Shown here: piece by piece, positions 28,482 through 37,193 of the stretch | Layout: every line of letters starts with the position of its first letter | How positions within the stretch are numbered: position 1 is the stretch's first letter | NCBI GenBank assembly: GCA_028716485.1 | Contig: JAQUPS010000002.1 | Span: forward strand, 43,013-107,012 | Source of the DNA: Patescibacteria group bacterium | GTDB lineage: Bacteria > Patescibacteriota > Patescibacteriia > Patescibacteriales > WJLG01 | Length of the DNA: 64,000 bases | Direction of reading: 5' to 3' | Position numbers and translations under genes: made by a program | The notes under the pieces: model-generated | Told to the model about the DNA's origin: nothing | Databases searched by the model: none | Seen by the model: only the letters and a program-made list of their open reading frames with translations

Positions 28482-28489
28482 AAATTTAT

Positions 28490-29509
28490 TTATGATAAAT
28501 ATTTTTTAAGCGCTTCGAGCTCTTTGTCTAGATTATTTTTAACGCGGATATGAAATTGCTCTTCATTTATAGACGATGCTTTTAACGGCACGTCTTTCAA
28601 CGCTCGTAATCTCCACAAGATCGAATTAACCAGCACCAAGGGCTCGAAAACTTCTATCCTGCTTTCAAAATATTCGTCTTTTTTAGAAAGTTTTTTCTCA
28701 TATTCAACAAGAAAATCCTTCTTTTGTTCTTCATTAAAATTTAATTTTAGAAACATCTTGGCAATATCCATGGCATTATCCCCCGCGGAAGCCTGCTCCC
28801 AATCAATAATAACAATTTGATCGTTCGTTGAACGCAAAATATTATTACTATTTAAATCAAAATGGATGAGAGTAAAATTATTATCTTGAAAAGCCTCCGG
28901 TTTTTTATTGGCCTTATTTTCCGTCTTATTAATAGCCTGCTCGACGGACGATATTATTTCTGATTGTTCTGACGATAAAGTCAAATCTGTACGCAATCTA
29001 TCAAACTCATCATTAAGAAAATCCATTTTAGTGCCTTTCGTCCTTCTTGTTAGCGGCTTGCCATAGGCATTAAGTTCTATTGAGTGAATTTTCGCCAAAG
29101 TTTCTGCCAATTGATCAATAGTACTTTTATCGAAACTCTCTATAGGTTTTCCTTCAATTTTTTCCTCAAAAAGAATAGTGGCTGATTTTAAAAACCCCCT
29201 TGATTGAGGCGTTTCTTGTGGGTTCCGCATTCTTAATAAACGCAAGACGGCGTTTTCGTGTTCCGCTCTTTCCGAATCTTGCTTAGGATTTTTCCAAACT
29301 TTTGCAATAGCTTTTTGTTTATCATCCGGCAATTCAAAAATTAAAGCATAGCTGCCTTCCGCAAAAGACGGACCATCAAGCAACTTCTGTAAATCCTCAA
29401 ACGTCAAACCAAGGTTGTTAATAGTTTTCATCTCTCTGTCGCTAAATTCTAGTTGATCAACTGGTTTTCTCGATTCTGCGAATTTATATTGCTCGTTCAT
29501 ATAAAACAA
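28490..29509 (-). CDS. APH/choline-kinase-family small-molecule kinase
   Basis: Catalytic loop HFDLNSNNIL and IIDWEQA (Brenner motif plus metal-binding Asp). Confidence 0.75.
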   Translation of the reverse strand: MFYMNEQYKFAESRKPVDQLEFSDREMKTINNLGLTFEDLQKLLDGPSFAEGSYALIFELPDDKQKAIAKVWKNPKQDSERAEHENAVLRLLRMRNPQETPQSRGFLKSATILFEEKIEGKPIESFDKSTIDQLAETLAKIHSIELNAYGKPLTRRTKGTKMDFLNDEFDRLRTDLTLSSEQSEIISSVEQAINKTENKANKKPEAFQDNNFTLIHFDLNSNNILRSTNDQIVIIDWEQASAGDNAMDIAKMFLKLNFNEEQKKDFLVEYEKKLSKKDEYFESRIEVFEPLVLVNSILWRLRALKDVPLKASSINEEQFHIRVKNNLDKELEALKKYLS

Positions 29510-29514
29510 TGGAA

Positions 29515-30189
29515 TTATTTATTTTTTTTCAGAATCATGGTGTAGCCATTTTTACGATACCTTTTTATCTTGAATATTTTAGTCAATAATTTAATAATAA
29601 AATCTACGGGAAAAAACTCCGAACCCAAAACAGTTTCATCTTGATCGGTATAACGAAAAATTAATTTTTCCTCGGTATAATTGCGAGATATATTATCCCT
29701 GGTTAAGCACTCGTTTGCACAACATAAATACTTTCTGATTACGCTGGGATTATAAGGTTTAATGTGGCTTAAATCTGAATAAAAACTATTCCACAACATC
29801 GGCGCGCTTATTACCAGTGTTCCGCCGGGTTTTAAAACCTTATCGATTTGTTTTAAAAAATCATACAAATCTTGCGGTTGTAAGTGTTCAATTAAATGCC
29901 CGCAATGAATTAAATCAACTTGATCGATGGGAATAGTATTCGGGGCATGATATTTTATAGCCTTTGCGTTTTTAATTTTATTCAAGGTGGCGTCGTTGTC
30001 ATCCAGGCAATAAACATCATAGCCCTTGTTTTCAAGGTACTTATAAAAAGTATTTTCACCACCTCCCCCGCCGATATCTAAAATTTTTGAACCTTTTTCA
30101 GGCAAGTCTATTATGTCATAAAACGGCTTACGACTCATAGTAGTATGCCGTTTTTTTTCTTGAAATTCTTTTAAACTATTTTTGAGCAT
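29515..30189 (-). CDS. class I SAM-dependent methyltransferase
   Basis: Motif I ILDIGGGGGEN and a post-I acidic residue (CLDDN). Confidence 0.8.
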   Translation of the reverse strand: MLKNSLKEFQEKKRHTTMSRKPFYDIIDLPEKGSKILDIGGGGGENTFYKYLENKGYDVYCLDDNDATLNKIKNAKAIKYHAPNTIPIDQVDLIHCGHLIEHLQPQDLYDFLKQIDKVLKPGGTLVISAPMLWNSFYSDLSHIKPYNPSVIRKYLCCANECLTRDNISRNYTEEKLIFRYTDQDETVLGSEFFPVDFIIKLLTKIFKIKRYRKNGYTMILKKNK

Positions 30190-30259
30190 GCTGGATGCAT
30201 TTAAATTTTATGCGATAATTTAAACGCGAAAAAATGCCTTATTTAAAGACTCCTCTTTT

Positions 30260-30297
30260 CGATTCCCGCCAAGGTGCTGACTGGGCTGCGGGAATCG
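30260..30297 (-). other. 10-bp-stem hairpin containing a tRNA T-loop-like string, just downstream of tRNA-Trp
   Basis: cgattcccgc-N18-gcgggaatcg. The minus strand reads GGTTCGATTCCCGCAGCCCAG, but no cloverleaf can be built. Confidence 0.4.
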
Positions 30298-30347
30298 AAC
30301 CTCGAAAACACTGGGCCTTCGGGTCACTTTGCACGCTTTCGTAAGAG

Positions 30348-30418
30348 CACGGGGTGTAGGAATCGAACCCACGCTAAAGGTTTTGGAGACCCTTGTACTA
30401 CCACTATACGAACCCCGC
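30348..30418 (-). tRNA. trnW: tRNA-Trp (anticodon CCA)
   Basis: Reverse complement: GCGGGGT-TC-GTAT..GTAC-A-AGGGT-CTCCAAA-ACCTT-..-GTGGG-TTCGATT-CCTAC-ACCCCGT-G. All four stems pair and no CCA is encoded. Track ORF 30220..30453 is spurious. Confidence 0.88.
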
Positions 30419-30495
30419 AGATTAAAATTATAAATCAAAAATAAAAAATTCAAAAAATATTCAACATTCTAAATTCCATATTCTATATTCCGACT

Positions 30496-31560
30496 TTACT
30501 TCTCTAAAACATTCTTATATTCCAGCTCGTAAATGTGGAAAATAGTGATGGTGACCGCGACGATCAGCGGGCCGATGATCAGGCCCCAGAAACCGAACAT
30601 GACGATGCCGCCCAAAATGGAAAATAACAAGAATATCGGATGGACTTCGGCTTTCTTGCGCATAATCAGCGGCTTGACGATATTATCAATCGGATGAATG
30701 ATCAGCAAGCCCCAAAGCGTTAAGAAAACCGCCGCCCAAACATGGCCGGTGAAAAAAAGATAGATGGCTCCAGGCAGCCAAATCAGCCAGGCTCCCAAGA
30801 AAGGGATTAGCGAAAGAAAAGCGGCGGCAATGCCCGCAAAAAAAGCCGGCAAGGGAATATTGAAAAAATAGGGCAAAGTGATGATGAAAAACGCGAGCCA
30901 GCAGGCAAACCCCTGCATAATCGCCGTCACGAAAGTCGAGACGATGAATGAAAGGCTGACATCCTGAAATTTCTTGAAAATGGCGCGATCATATTTATTA
31001 GGCAGCGGAGTTAGGCGCATCAGGGTTTCCAGCATCTTCTGGCCGTCAACGAAAAAGAAAAACATCGTCACGATGATCAGTAAAATGGAAACCACGAAAT
31101 TGGTCGTGCCTTTGATAAAGCCGGCGGCGCCGCCCACCAGCCAATTGCTGGATTTCTGGATGAAATCCATGACAAAATTCTGGATGCTGCCGTTGCTTAA
31201 ATTAATGCCGTCGATTTTAGACAGCGGACTGGACTTGATCATGGCGCTCCAATCGGTCTTGCTGAAAAAATCAGCGGCCTGGCCGTAAGACACCACCGAT
31301 TCTTTGGCCGCCAAAATTATGATATTGACCAGCGGAACGATAACCACCGCCACAATCAAGATGCACATGATCAGCGCGGCGATTTTTTTCCGCCCGCCGA
31401 TTTTTCGGGCCAGCCATTCGAATGGCCGGTAAAAAATCGTCGCCAAAATTGCCGCCACTAAAATTTCCGCCAGAAACGGACGGAAAACAAAATAACAGGC
31501 GACCAGCGAGGCGATCACTAATGTAATGAGAAAACCGCGGCTAAGCAAATTGTTGTTCAT
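30496..31560 (-). CDS. AI-2E family (PerM/UPF0118) transporter
   Basis: 354 aa with about 8 TM spans. The C-terminal IHPIDNIVKPLIM ... VHPIFLLFSILGG region is characteristic of the family. Confidence 0.8.
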   Translation of the reverse strand: MNNNLLSRGFLITLVIASLVACYFVFRPFLAEILVAAILATIFYRPFEWLARKIGGRKKIAALIMCILIVAVVIVPLVNIIILAAKESVVSYGQAADFFSKTDWSAMIKSSPLSKIDGINLSNGSIQNFVMDFIQKSSNWLVGGAAGFIKGTTNFVVSILLIIVTMFFFFVDGQKMLETLMRLTPLPNKYDRAIFKKFQDVSLSFIVSTFVTAIMQGFACWLAFFIITLPYFFNIPLPAFFAGIAAAFLSLIPFLGAWLIWLPGAIYLFFTGHVWAAVFLTLWGLLIIHPIDNIVKPLIMRKKAEVHPIFLLFSILGGIVMFGFWGLIIGPLIVAVTITIFHIYELEYKNVLEK

Positions 31561-31620
31561 ATTTTAATTTTGAGGGGGAGCCCCTGATTATTCGAACGCA
31601 AGATATTGCGTTCCTATGAT

Positions 31621-32034
31621 TTATTTGCCTTCTTTGATTAAATTCAAAATATCGGGAAATTTGTTGAGAATATAATCATAGCGTTCGATGGATTTTCCGG
31701 TCGCTTCGTTAAAAAGCGGGGTGCCGCCGGTATAAACCGCGTTGCCGGCATCGCCATAGCGATTTAATCCCTTTTTTGTCAGCCAATCGTCGATCGCTTG
31801 TTTATTGGCCGCGGATAAATCAGCGGAAGTCATCGCGCTATTTTTAGTAGAAGCGCCATTTTGAGAAAAAAAATTGAAAGTCGAGCTGGCTTGATTTTCA
31901 GACAGATTATTCAAGGCCTTGCCCAGATTATCGTTTAGAATATTAAGTCCGTTCGCCACGCTAAGCTGGCAACCTGAAAAAATAAAAATTAAAAAAGAAA
32001 AAGGAAAAAATTTTAACGCTCTAAGATTTTTCAT
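31621..32034 (-). CDS. putative lipoprotein
   Basis: Signal peptide ending in the lipobox IFSGC, followed by a hydrophilic 110-aa domain. Confidence 0.55.
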   Translation of the reverse strand: MKNLRALKFFPFSFLIFIFSGCQLSVANGLNILNDNLGKALNNLSENQASSTFNFFSQNGASTKNSAMTSADLSAANKQAIDDWLTKKGLNRYGDAGNAVYTGGTPLFNEATGKSIERYDYILNKFPDILNLIKEGK

Positions 32035-32097
32035 AAAAATCCAAAAATGAAAATCCTGCCGATTTCCATATTCCTTATTCTATATTCCGCATTCCGG

Positions 32098-32253
32098 TTA
32101 TTTCGTTTCTTTGTGCAGAGTATGTTTTTTGCAATTCTTGCAATATTTTTGCAATTCCAATCTTTCCTTCAAGATTTTCTTGTTTTTGTGGGAAAAATGA
32201 GTGATTTTTTTGCATTCAGTGCATTCAAACTTGATCAAATTGTCTTGAGACAT
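32098..32253 (-). CDS. rpmG: 50S ribosomal protein L33
   Basis: Below the ORF-track size cut-off. The minus strand encodes [51 protein letters not shown] (51 aa). It has the CxxC...CxxC zinc ribbon and the L33-diagnostic RLEL.KYC..C.KHTLHKE.K. Confidence 0.92.
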   Translation of the reverse strand: MSQDNLIKFECTECKKITHFSHKNKKILKERLELQKYCKNCKKHTLHKETK

Positions 32254-32482
32254 ATCGTTGCTGTTATAATGTTTAATTGGTTAATTATATCTGTATATTA
32301 TTGAATTTTTAGGGAAAAGTCAAGCACTTTGAATTTTTAATTTTTAAATTTTTATAATTTTTAAATAGCTAAGATTTTCTAATTTTTAAAAATTAATGCT
32401 TAAAAATTCTTTAAAAATTATAAAATTAAAAATTTACACAATTTTTTTAACCAGCAATCTCTATTCGCAGTTAATTAAATAA

Positions 32483-33394
32483 TTATTTTTGACAAAATGG
32501 GCAATAATACGCGCCGCGGCCGGATATTTTCAAACTTTTTATCGTTCCGCCGCAGACAGAGCATTTCTCCCCTTCCCGCTCATAAACTTTTAAGAGCTTC
32601 GAAAAATTTCCCTTTTTGCCGCTCGTATCGACGTAATCGCTGAAAGTCGTGCCCCGATGCTTGATGGCGTTTCTTAAAACCGCCTTGGTTGCCTGATAAA
32701 TTTTGGCGACTTCTGGGGCAGTCAGGCTGCCGGCCGGGCGGGTTGGTTTGACTCGGGCGGCATAGAGTATTTCCGAGGCGTAAATATTGCCGATGCCGGC
32801 GATATTTTGCTGATCCATCAGCGCGGCCTTGATATTGATTTTCTTGCCGGCCAAAATTTTCTTCAAGTTGGCCAAAGTAAATTCGGGCTTAAGCGGTTCG
32901 ATACCGTATTTATTTTTAATTTCGGCCAATTCTTTTTGGTCGACGATTTTCACATAGCCGAAACGGCGCGTGTCGTTAAAAAATAATTTCCGGCCGCCGG
33001 CAAAATTCAAAATAAACCGGGTGTATTTGTTGGGCAATTTCCCGCCGATTTCTTCCAGAAACACACCCCGTCCGCGCGGCGCGGCCACCCCTCTTTTTAG
33101 AAGGGAATTATTTATAAATTGGTGGCCGCCGGCCAGCAATTTTTCCCGGTCTTCATAGACCAGCTGGCCAGTCATTTTCAAATGGATCAATAAAAATTTT
33201 CCTCCGGCTAATTTTAAAATCAATAATTTGCCGATTCGTTCGGCGGCGCTGATTTTATTGCCGACTAAAACCCGGGAAAAATTTTTAGTTTCGCCTAATT
33301 TTTTATCTTTGACTTCGACGGAAATTATTTTCTTGCCCACGATTTTTTTCGTTAGATCGCGGCGGATTGTTTCGACTTCGGGCAATTCGGGCAT
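32483..33394 (-). CDS. mutM: formamidopyrimidine-DNA glycosylase
   Basis: MPELPEVE N-terminus (catalytic Pro2/Glu3) and a C-terminal CxxC-x16-CxxC zinc finger. Confidence 0.9.
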   Translation of the reverse strand: MPELPEVETIRRDLTKKIVGKKIISVEVKDKKLGETKNFSRVLVGNKISAAERIGKLLILKLAGGKFLLIHLKMTGQLVYEDREKLLAGGHQFINNSLLKRGVAAPRGRGVFLEEIGGKLPNKYTRFILNFAGGRKLFFNDTRRFGYVKIVDQKELAEIKNKYGIEPLKPEFTLANLKKILAGKKINIKAALMDQQNIAGIGNIYASEILYAARVKPTRPAGSLTAPEVAKIYQATKAVLRNAIKHRGTTFSDYVDTSGKKGNFSKLLKVYEREGEKCSVCGGTIKSLKISGRGAYYCPFCQK

Positions 33395-33549
33395 AGCCTT
33401 GAATTATAAAACTTTAAGCAAAGTAAAAACGACGATCAAGCCGACAAGCTCAACCGCGAATATTTTTAAAAAGGTTATTTCCATTCGATCGGGATCGACG
33501 AACATATTTATAAATCGATATTAATGGTTGCCGGACCGTTATTAATTAT

Positions 33550-33861
33550 TCATTTCAAAGCTTGAACGGCAAAAACAACTATAGTGATCACGCCAAGCCA
33601 GCCGAGTGTGTAGAAAAACAGCTTAACCGCTTCAATTTTGCGATTTTCCAAATATAAAACAGCCGGGCGGCCGAGCGTCAGAGCTCCGGTAATTGCGGCC
33701 GACAGGACGAAAAGCAGGAGAAAAGCCACTGGCCCCAAAAAATTATCCATTTTGCCGAATATCCTTTCGCCGTTCCGGAGAATAAAAGACACGCCGACGA
33801 TATAAAGCGCGACTCCCAGCGCGTTTAAAAAACTGTTGACGATTAATGTTGAATTTTTCAT
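33550..33861 (-). CDS. small membrane protein
   Basis: About 103 aa from MKNSTLIV, with three to four TM spans. The track ORF starts further upstream at 33927. Confidence 0.5.
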   Translation of the reverse strand: MKNSTLIVNSFLNALGVALYIVGVSFILRNGERIFGKMDNFLGPVAFLLLFVLSAAITGALTLGRPAVLYLENRKIEAVKLFFYTLGWLGVITIVVFAVQALK

Positions 33862-33948
33862 AGATATATTTATTAAACGTAAAAAAATATAAAATACGGC
33901 GGGGTGCCGTATTTTAATTATAGCCAATCTTGTTGAAAAAGTCTATTT

Positions 33949-35511
33949 TTAGCGGTGAAATCTGCTATCATGGCGTACCTTGCCGGGACGATTTCTGCCG
34001 CGGCCAAAACTCGGGCGATCATCGCCTTCCCGCAGGCTGGCGCGGAATCTTTCACGATCGGTCATCACTCTGGTTTCCGGACGGTCGGAAAAATATCGCA
34101 CCGGGTCAAAGCCGCCTTTGCTTTCGCTCTTGGTCTTAAATTTATCATAACCGGACGCGGGACGGAATCCTTCTTTCTTATGGCCGAATCGGGAAGGCTG
34201 AAAATCGGCGCGAAAACCGGTATTTTTGGATTTGAATTTGGCAAATCCTGGTTGCGGACGGCCGGCTGCCGGCTTGAATTTATTAAAACCTGATTTCTTG
34301 AAGCCATGGCCGGCAAAACTGAAGCTTTTCTTCCGGAAATGCTTGATGTTTTTCCTTACCGGTGTATTCATCGTAATCGATTCGTTATATTCGGCCAGCT
34401 TAGTCAGCGGAATCGCCTTCTTGATCAGGCGTTCGATCTGTCGGACATCGCGGATCTGATCGGGCGAAGCGAAAGAGATCGCTTTACCGGTTTTTCCAGC
34501 GCGGCCGGTGCGGCCGATACGGTGCACATAATCGCCGGGATCATCGGGCAGATCAAAATTGATCACCAATTCGATGTCTTTGACGTCAATGCCGCGAGCG
34601 GCAATATCAGTCGCCACCAGCACGCGGTATTTGCGGGATTTAAAACCGGCCAGAGCCTTGCGGCGCTGTTCAAGCGAGCGGTTAGAATGGATTTCCGCGG
34701 CGCGGTGGCCCATCATTTCCACTTGTTCGGTAAGTCTTTTAACTCCGTGCTTGGTGCGGCAAAAAATCAAGACTGAACCAGGCGTTTCCTGCAAAAGTTT
34801 TTCCAATTGCGCGACGCGGGCATCTTTATGGATGATCATAATTTCCTGATTGATCTCATCGACAGTCTGCCCGGACGGCGCCACTTCCACTCTGACCGGT
34901 TCGGCCATATGCCTGGCGGCCAATCTGATGATTTCATTGGGCATGGTTGCGGAAAAAAGCATGGTCTGCCGTTCTTTGGGAATTTTTCTGATGATGGTTT
35001 CAATCTGCGGGGCAAAACCCATGTCTAACATCATATCGGCTTCATCCAGAACCAAAACTTTCACATCATCCAATCTGATCCAGCCGCGCATAATAAAATC
35101 ATTCATTCTGCCCGGCGTGGCAATTAAAACATGCGGGTTGCGGCGAAGCATTTCGCGCTGGCGGTTGATCGATTCGCCGCCGATTATCAGAGCGGTGCGC
35201 AAACCGATTGACGCTCCGAAAACGCGCAAATTTTCATCGACTTGCTGAGCCAATTCGCGGGTCGGCAAAAGCACCAAGCCCTTTCCTTTATATAGAGCCA
35301 AGCGCTGAATCATCGGGATGCAAAAGGCCAAAGTCTTGCCTGTGCCTGTTTGGGCAATGCCGATAATATCTTTGCCTTCGACAGCCACTGGAATGGATTT
35401 AAGCTGAATCGGCGTGGGCTGTTGCAAACCCATCTTGTTGATAGTTTCCAAAAGTTTCTCGGCAATACCGAGATCATTGAAACCTAAACCTTCATTTTTT
35501 TGTTCTGACAT
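33949..35511 (-). CDS. DEAD-box ATP-dependent RNA helicase with a basic C-terminal tail
   Basis: Q-motif, AQTGTGKT, PTRELA, DEAD (VLDEADMML), SAT and HRIGRTGRAG, followed by an RG/K-rich tail. Confidence 0.93.
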   Translation of the reverse strand: MSEQKNEGLGFNDLGIAEKLLETINKMGLQQPTPIQLKSIPVAVEGKDIIGIAQTGTGKTLAFCIPMIQRLALYKGKGLVLLPTRELAQQVDENLRVFGASIGLRTALIIGGESINRQREMLRRNPHVLIATPGRMNDFIMRGWIRLDDVKVLVLDEADMMLDMGFAPQIETIIRKIPKERQTMLFSATMPNEIIRLAARHMAEPVRVEVAPSGQTVDEINQEIMIIHKDARVAQLEKLLQETPGSVLIFCRTKHGVKRLTEQVEMMGHRAAEIHSNRSLEQRRKALAGFKSRKYRVLVATDIAARGIDVKDIELVINFDLPDDPGDYVHRIGRTGRAGKTGKAISFASPDQIRDVRQIERLIKKAIPLTKLAEYNESITMNTPVRKNIKHFRKKSFSFAGHGFKKSGFNKFKPAAGRPQPGFAKFKSKNTGFRADFQPSRFGHKKEGFRPASGYDKFKTKSESKGGFDPVRYFSDRPETRVMTDRERFRASLREGDDRPSFGRGRNRPGKVRHDSRFHR

Positions 35512-35666
35512 AGTCTAATAGACGGCTTTAAGCCGTTTTCATTAATTTTCCTTAAAAAAAGGAAAAGCGACCCGAGTTCAACAATGGTCGCTTAACAAAA
35601 TTAATGACACAAAGAGATTCGAATCTTGGCTGACTTAAAAATCAGCCTTATTTATTTAGTAATATC

Positions 35667-35695
35667 ATTGTAGCACGGAAAAAATATTCTGTCAA
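35667..35695 (-). promoter_or_regulatory. candidate promoter of the helicase gene
   Basis: Minus strand: TTGACA, 17 nt, then TGCTACAAT, the same extended -10 as the pilin promoter. It implies a hairpin-rich 5' UTR of about 150 nt. Confidence 0.55.
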
Positions 35696-35737
35696 ACGAA
35701 CGGAGAATAATGAGCAAAGATTAAAGAGCAAGGAGCG

Positions 35738-36307
35738 TTAAATATGCTCTTTGTTTTTTGTTCGATGTTCTATTAATAATATGCCAATACCGGCAATTAT
35801 TACGGAAAATGCCCATGCCAAAAATGTCAAAAATTCCAGCGATCCGGCGCGATTTTCCACCTCCCGCAACGAACGGCCGGCCAAAGCAAAACCTCCGCCG
35901 TTCCCGCTATAATAGGCCAAAACCATGGCGATACGTACGTTTGGAGCCGGCTGCCAGGTTAATTTATCAAGACCATGCGCCTTGGCATAAACGAAAACTC
36001 CGGCTGGCGGAACGGGAATCTTTCCATTTAGCATTGCAGTAGAAACTAAAGTCTGGCCGATACTGTCAAAGGTGATCAAAAACGGAGCCAAACTTTTATT
36101 AAGGTCGATCGTACCATAAGCATTGGCGCGCAAAAAATCCGGCTGCTCGCCTTTCGCCAAAACGGCGGCGGAATCTTCGGCAATCTGGATTTGCGGATCA
36201 TAAGCGCTCTGCCGCATAACCTGCTGAGCCAGCGTATAAGCGAAGCCGAAAACCAAGGCCAGAATAATCGCGATAAAAAATATTTTCTTTAAAATAATTA
36301 TTTTCAT
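35738..36307 (-). CDS. membrane protein (N- and C-terminal TM spans, extracytoplasmic middle domain)
   Basis: The ORF shows normal coding appearance. No motif was recognised. Confidence 0.5.
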   Translation of the reverse strand: MKIIILKKIFFIAIILALVFGFAYTLAQQVMRQSAYDPQIQIAEDSAAVLAKGEQPDFLRANAYGTIDLNKSLAPFLITFDSIGQTLVSTAMLNGKIPVPPAGVFVYAKAHGLDKLTWQPAPNVRIAMVLAYYSGNGGGFALAGRSLREVENRAGSLEFLTFLAWAFSVIIAGIGILLIEHRTKNKEHI

Positions 36308-36500
36308 AAAATATAAAATCAATAATTATGCCATTGATAATAAAATAATCGCGGCAACTGCCAAAATTATTCCGGAAACTCCCGCCCAGTTCAACCTTTC
36401 ACCAAAAATAAAAATAATTGACTGACAAAAAAAACTTTGATCATATTGGGCATAAATTATTTCTTTAAAAAAACGGCAAAAAGTAATTTTGAAAATTATG

Positions 36501-36588
36501 CGGTGGGAGTGAGATTTGAACTCACGATGGGCTTTTGACCCATGCCGGTTTTCAAAACCGGTACATTAAACCGCTCTGTCATCCCACC
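36501..36588 (-). tRNA. trnS: tRNA-Ser (anticodon UGA)
   Basis: The reverse complement begins GGTGGGATGACAGAGCGGTT. The anticodon arm is CCGGT-TTTGAAA-ACCGG. A long variable arm CATGGGTCAAAAGCCCATC follows, then the T-arm GTGAG-TTCAAAT-CTCAC and the acceptor strand TCCCACC-G. Confidence 0.9.
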
Positions 36589-36749
36589 TTAAACATGGTT
36601 ATAGCTTAACAATTACCGCCTTGACGGTCAAATCAGCGCGTAAAAAAAGTTTGACTTATTTTTGTTTGACTTATTTTCAAAAAATAAATATAATGATTTT
36701 TCGGGGTGATTTATTTTTTTAACTTTCAATCAATCGCAAGGAGGAAGTT

Positions 36750-37145
36750 TTGAAAAAAAATATTGTTCTTTTTTCTTTCGGGCATCGTCATGGCGCTTAT
36801 TATCCCAAAGCTCCCGGGGAACGCGCTTATCAAACAATAATCGACCTGCGAATGCTTTATGAGCCTTACCGGGACGGATTCGTTAAATCAGGACTGGATG
36901 AAGAAATTCAAAAAATGGTAAAGTCTAAAAACATTAATTTCTTCGCCGCGCTCCGGCCGGCGCTGGAAGAATTAATCATCCGCTTCCGAAAAAACCGCAA
37001 ATACCGGACTTTCAACATTTATTTCGGCTGTGCCGGCGGCTGGCAAAGGTCGGTCGCTACAGTTGAATATTTCAAAGACTGGCTGAAAGATAATTTTCCG
37101 AAAATTACGGTAACCACCAAGCATTTAACCATGCATAAACGCTAA
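36750..37145 (+). CDS. RapZ C-terminal-domain-like protein lacking a P-loop domain
   Basis: TTG start preceded by GGAGGA. IIDLRMLYEPY and YFGCAGGWQRSVATVEYF resemble the RapZ C-terminal motifs D.RFLPNP and GCTGG.HRSV. Confidence 0.5.
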   Translation: MKKNIVLFSFGHRHGAYYPKAPGERAYQTIIDLRMLYEPYRDGFVKSGLDEEIQKMVKSKNINFFAALRPALEELIIRFRKNRKYRTFNIYFGCAGGWQRSVATVEYFKDWLKDNFPKITVTTKHLTMHKR

Positions 37146-37193
37146 TTTAAAACCCCTCTTTTTTTGGAAGAGGGGTATTTTTTTCGGAAAAAA

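Noticed and set aside
30220-30453. 77-aa ORF on the minus strand
   Set aside because: It is made entirely of tRNA-Trp and the adjacent hairpin sequence, so it is not coding.
32047-32304. 85-aa + strand ORF
   Set aside because: It is antisense to a textbook ribosomal protein L33 gene (32098..32253, minus strand) that the track missed because of its size.
36327-36500. Open frame on the minus strand ending ...GERLNWAGVSGIILAVAAIILLSMA*, resembling the last helix of an EamA/SMR-type transporter, next to tRNA-Ser
   Set aside because: It has no start codon, spans only about 60 codons and runs into the tRNA. It is at best a gene remnant, and there is too little sequence to call a pseudogene with confidence.
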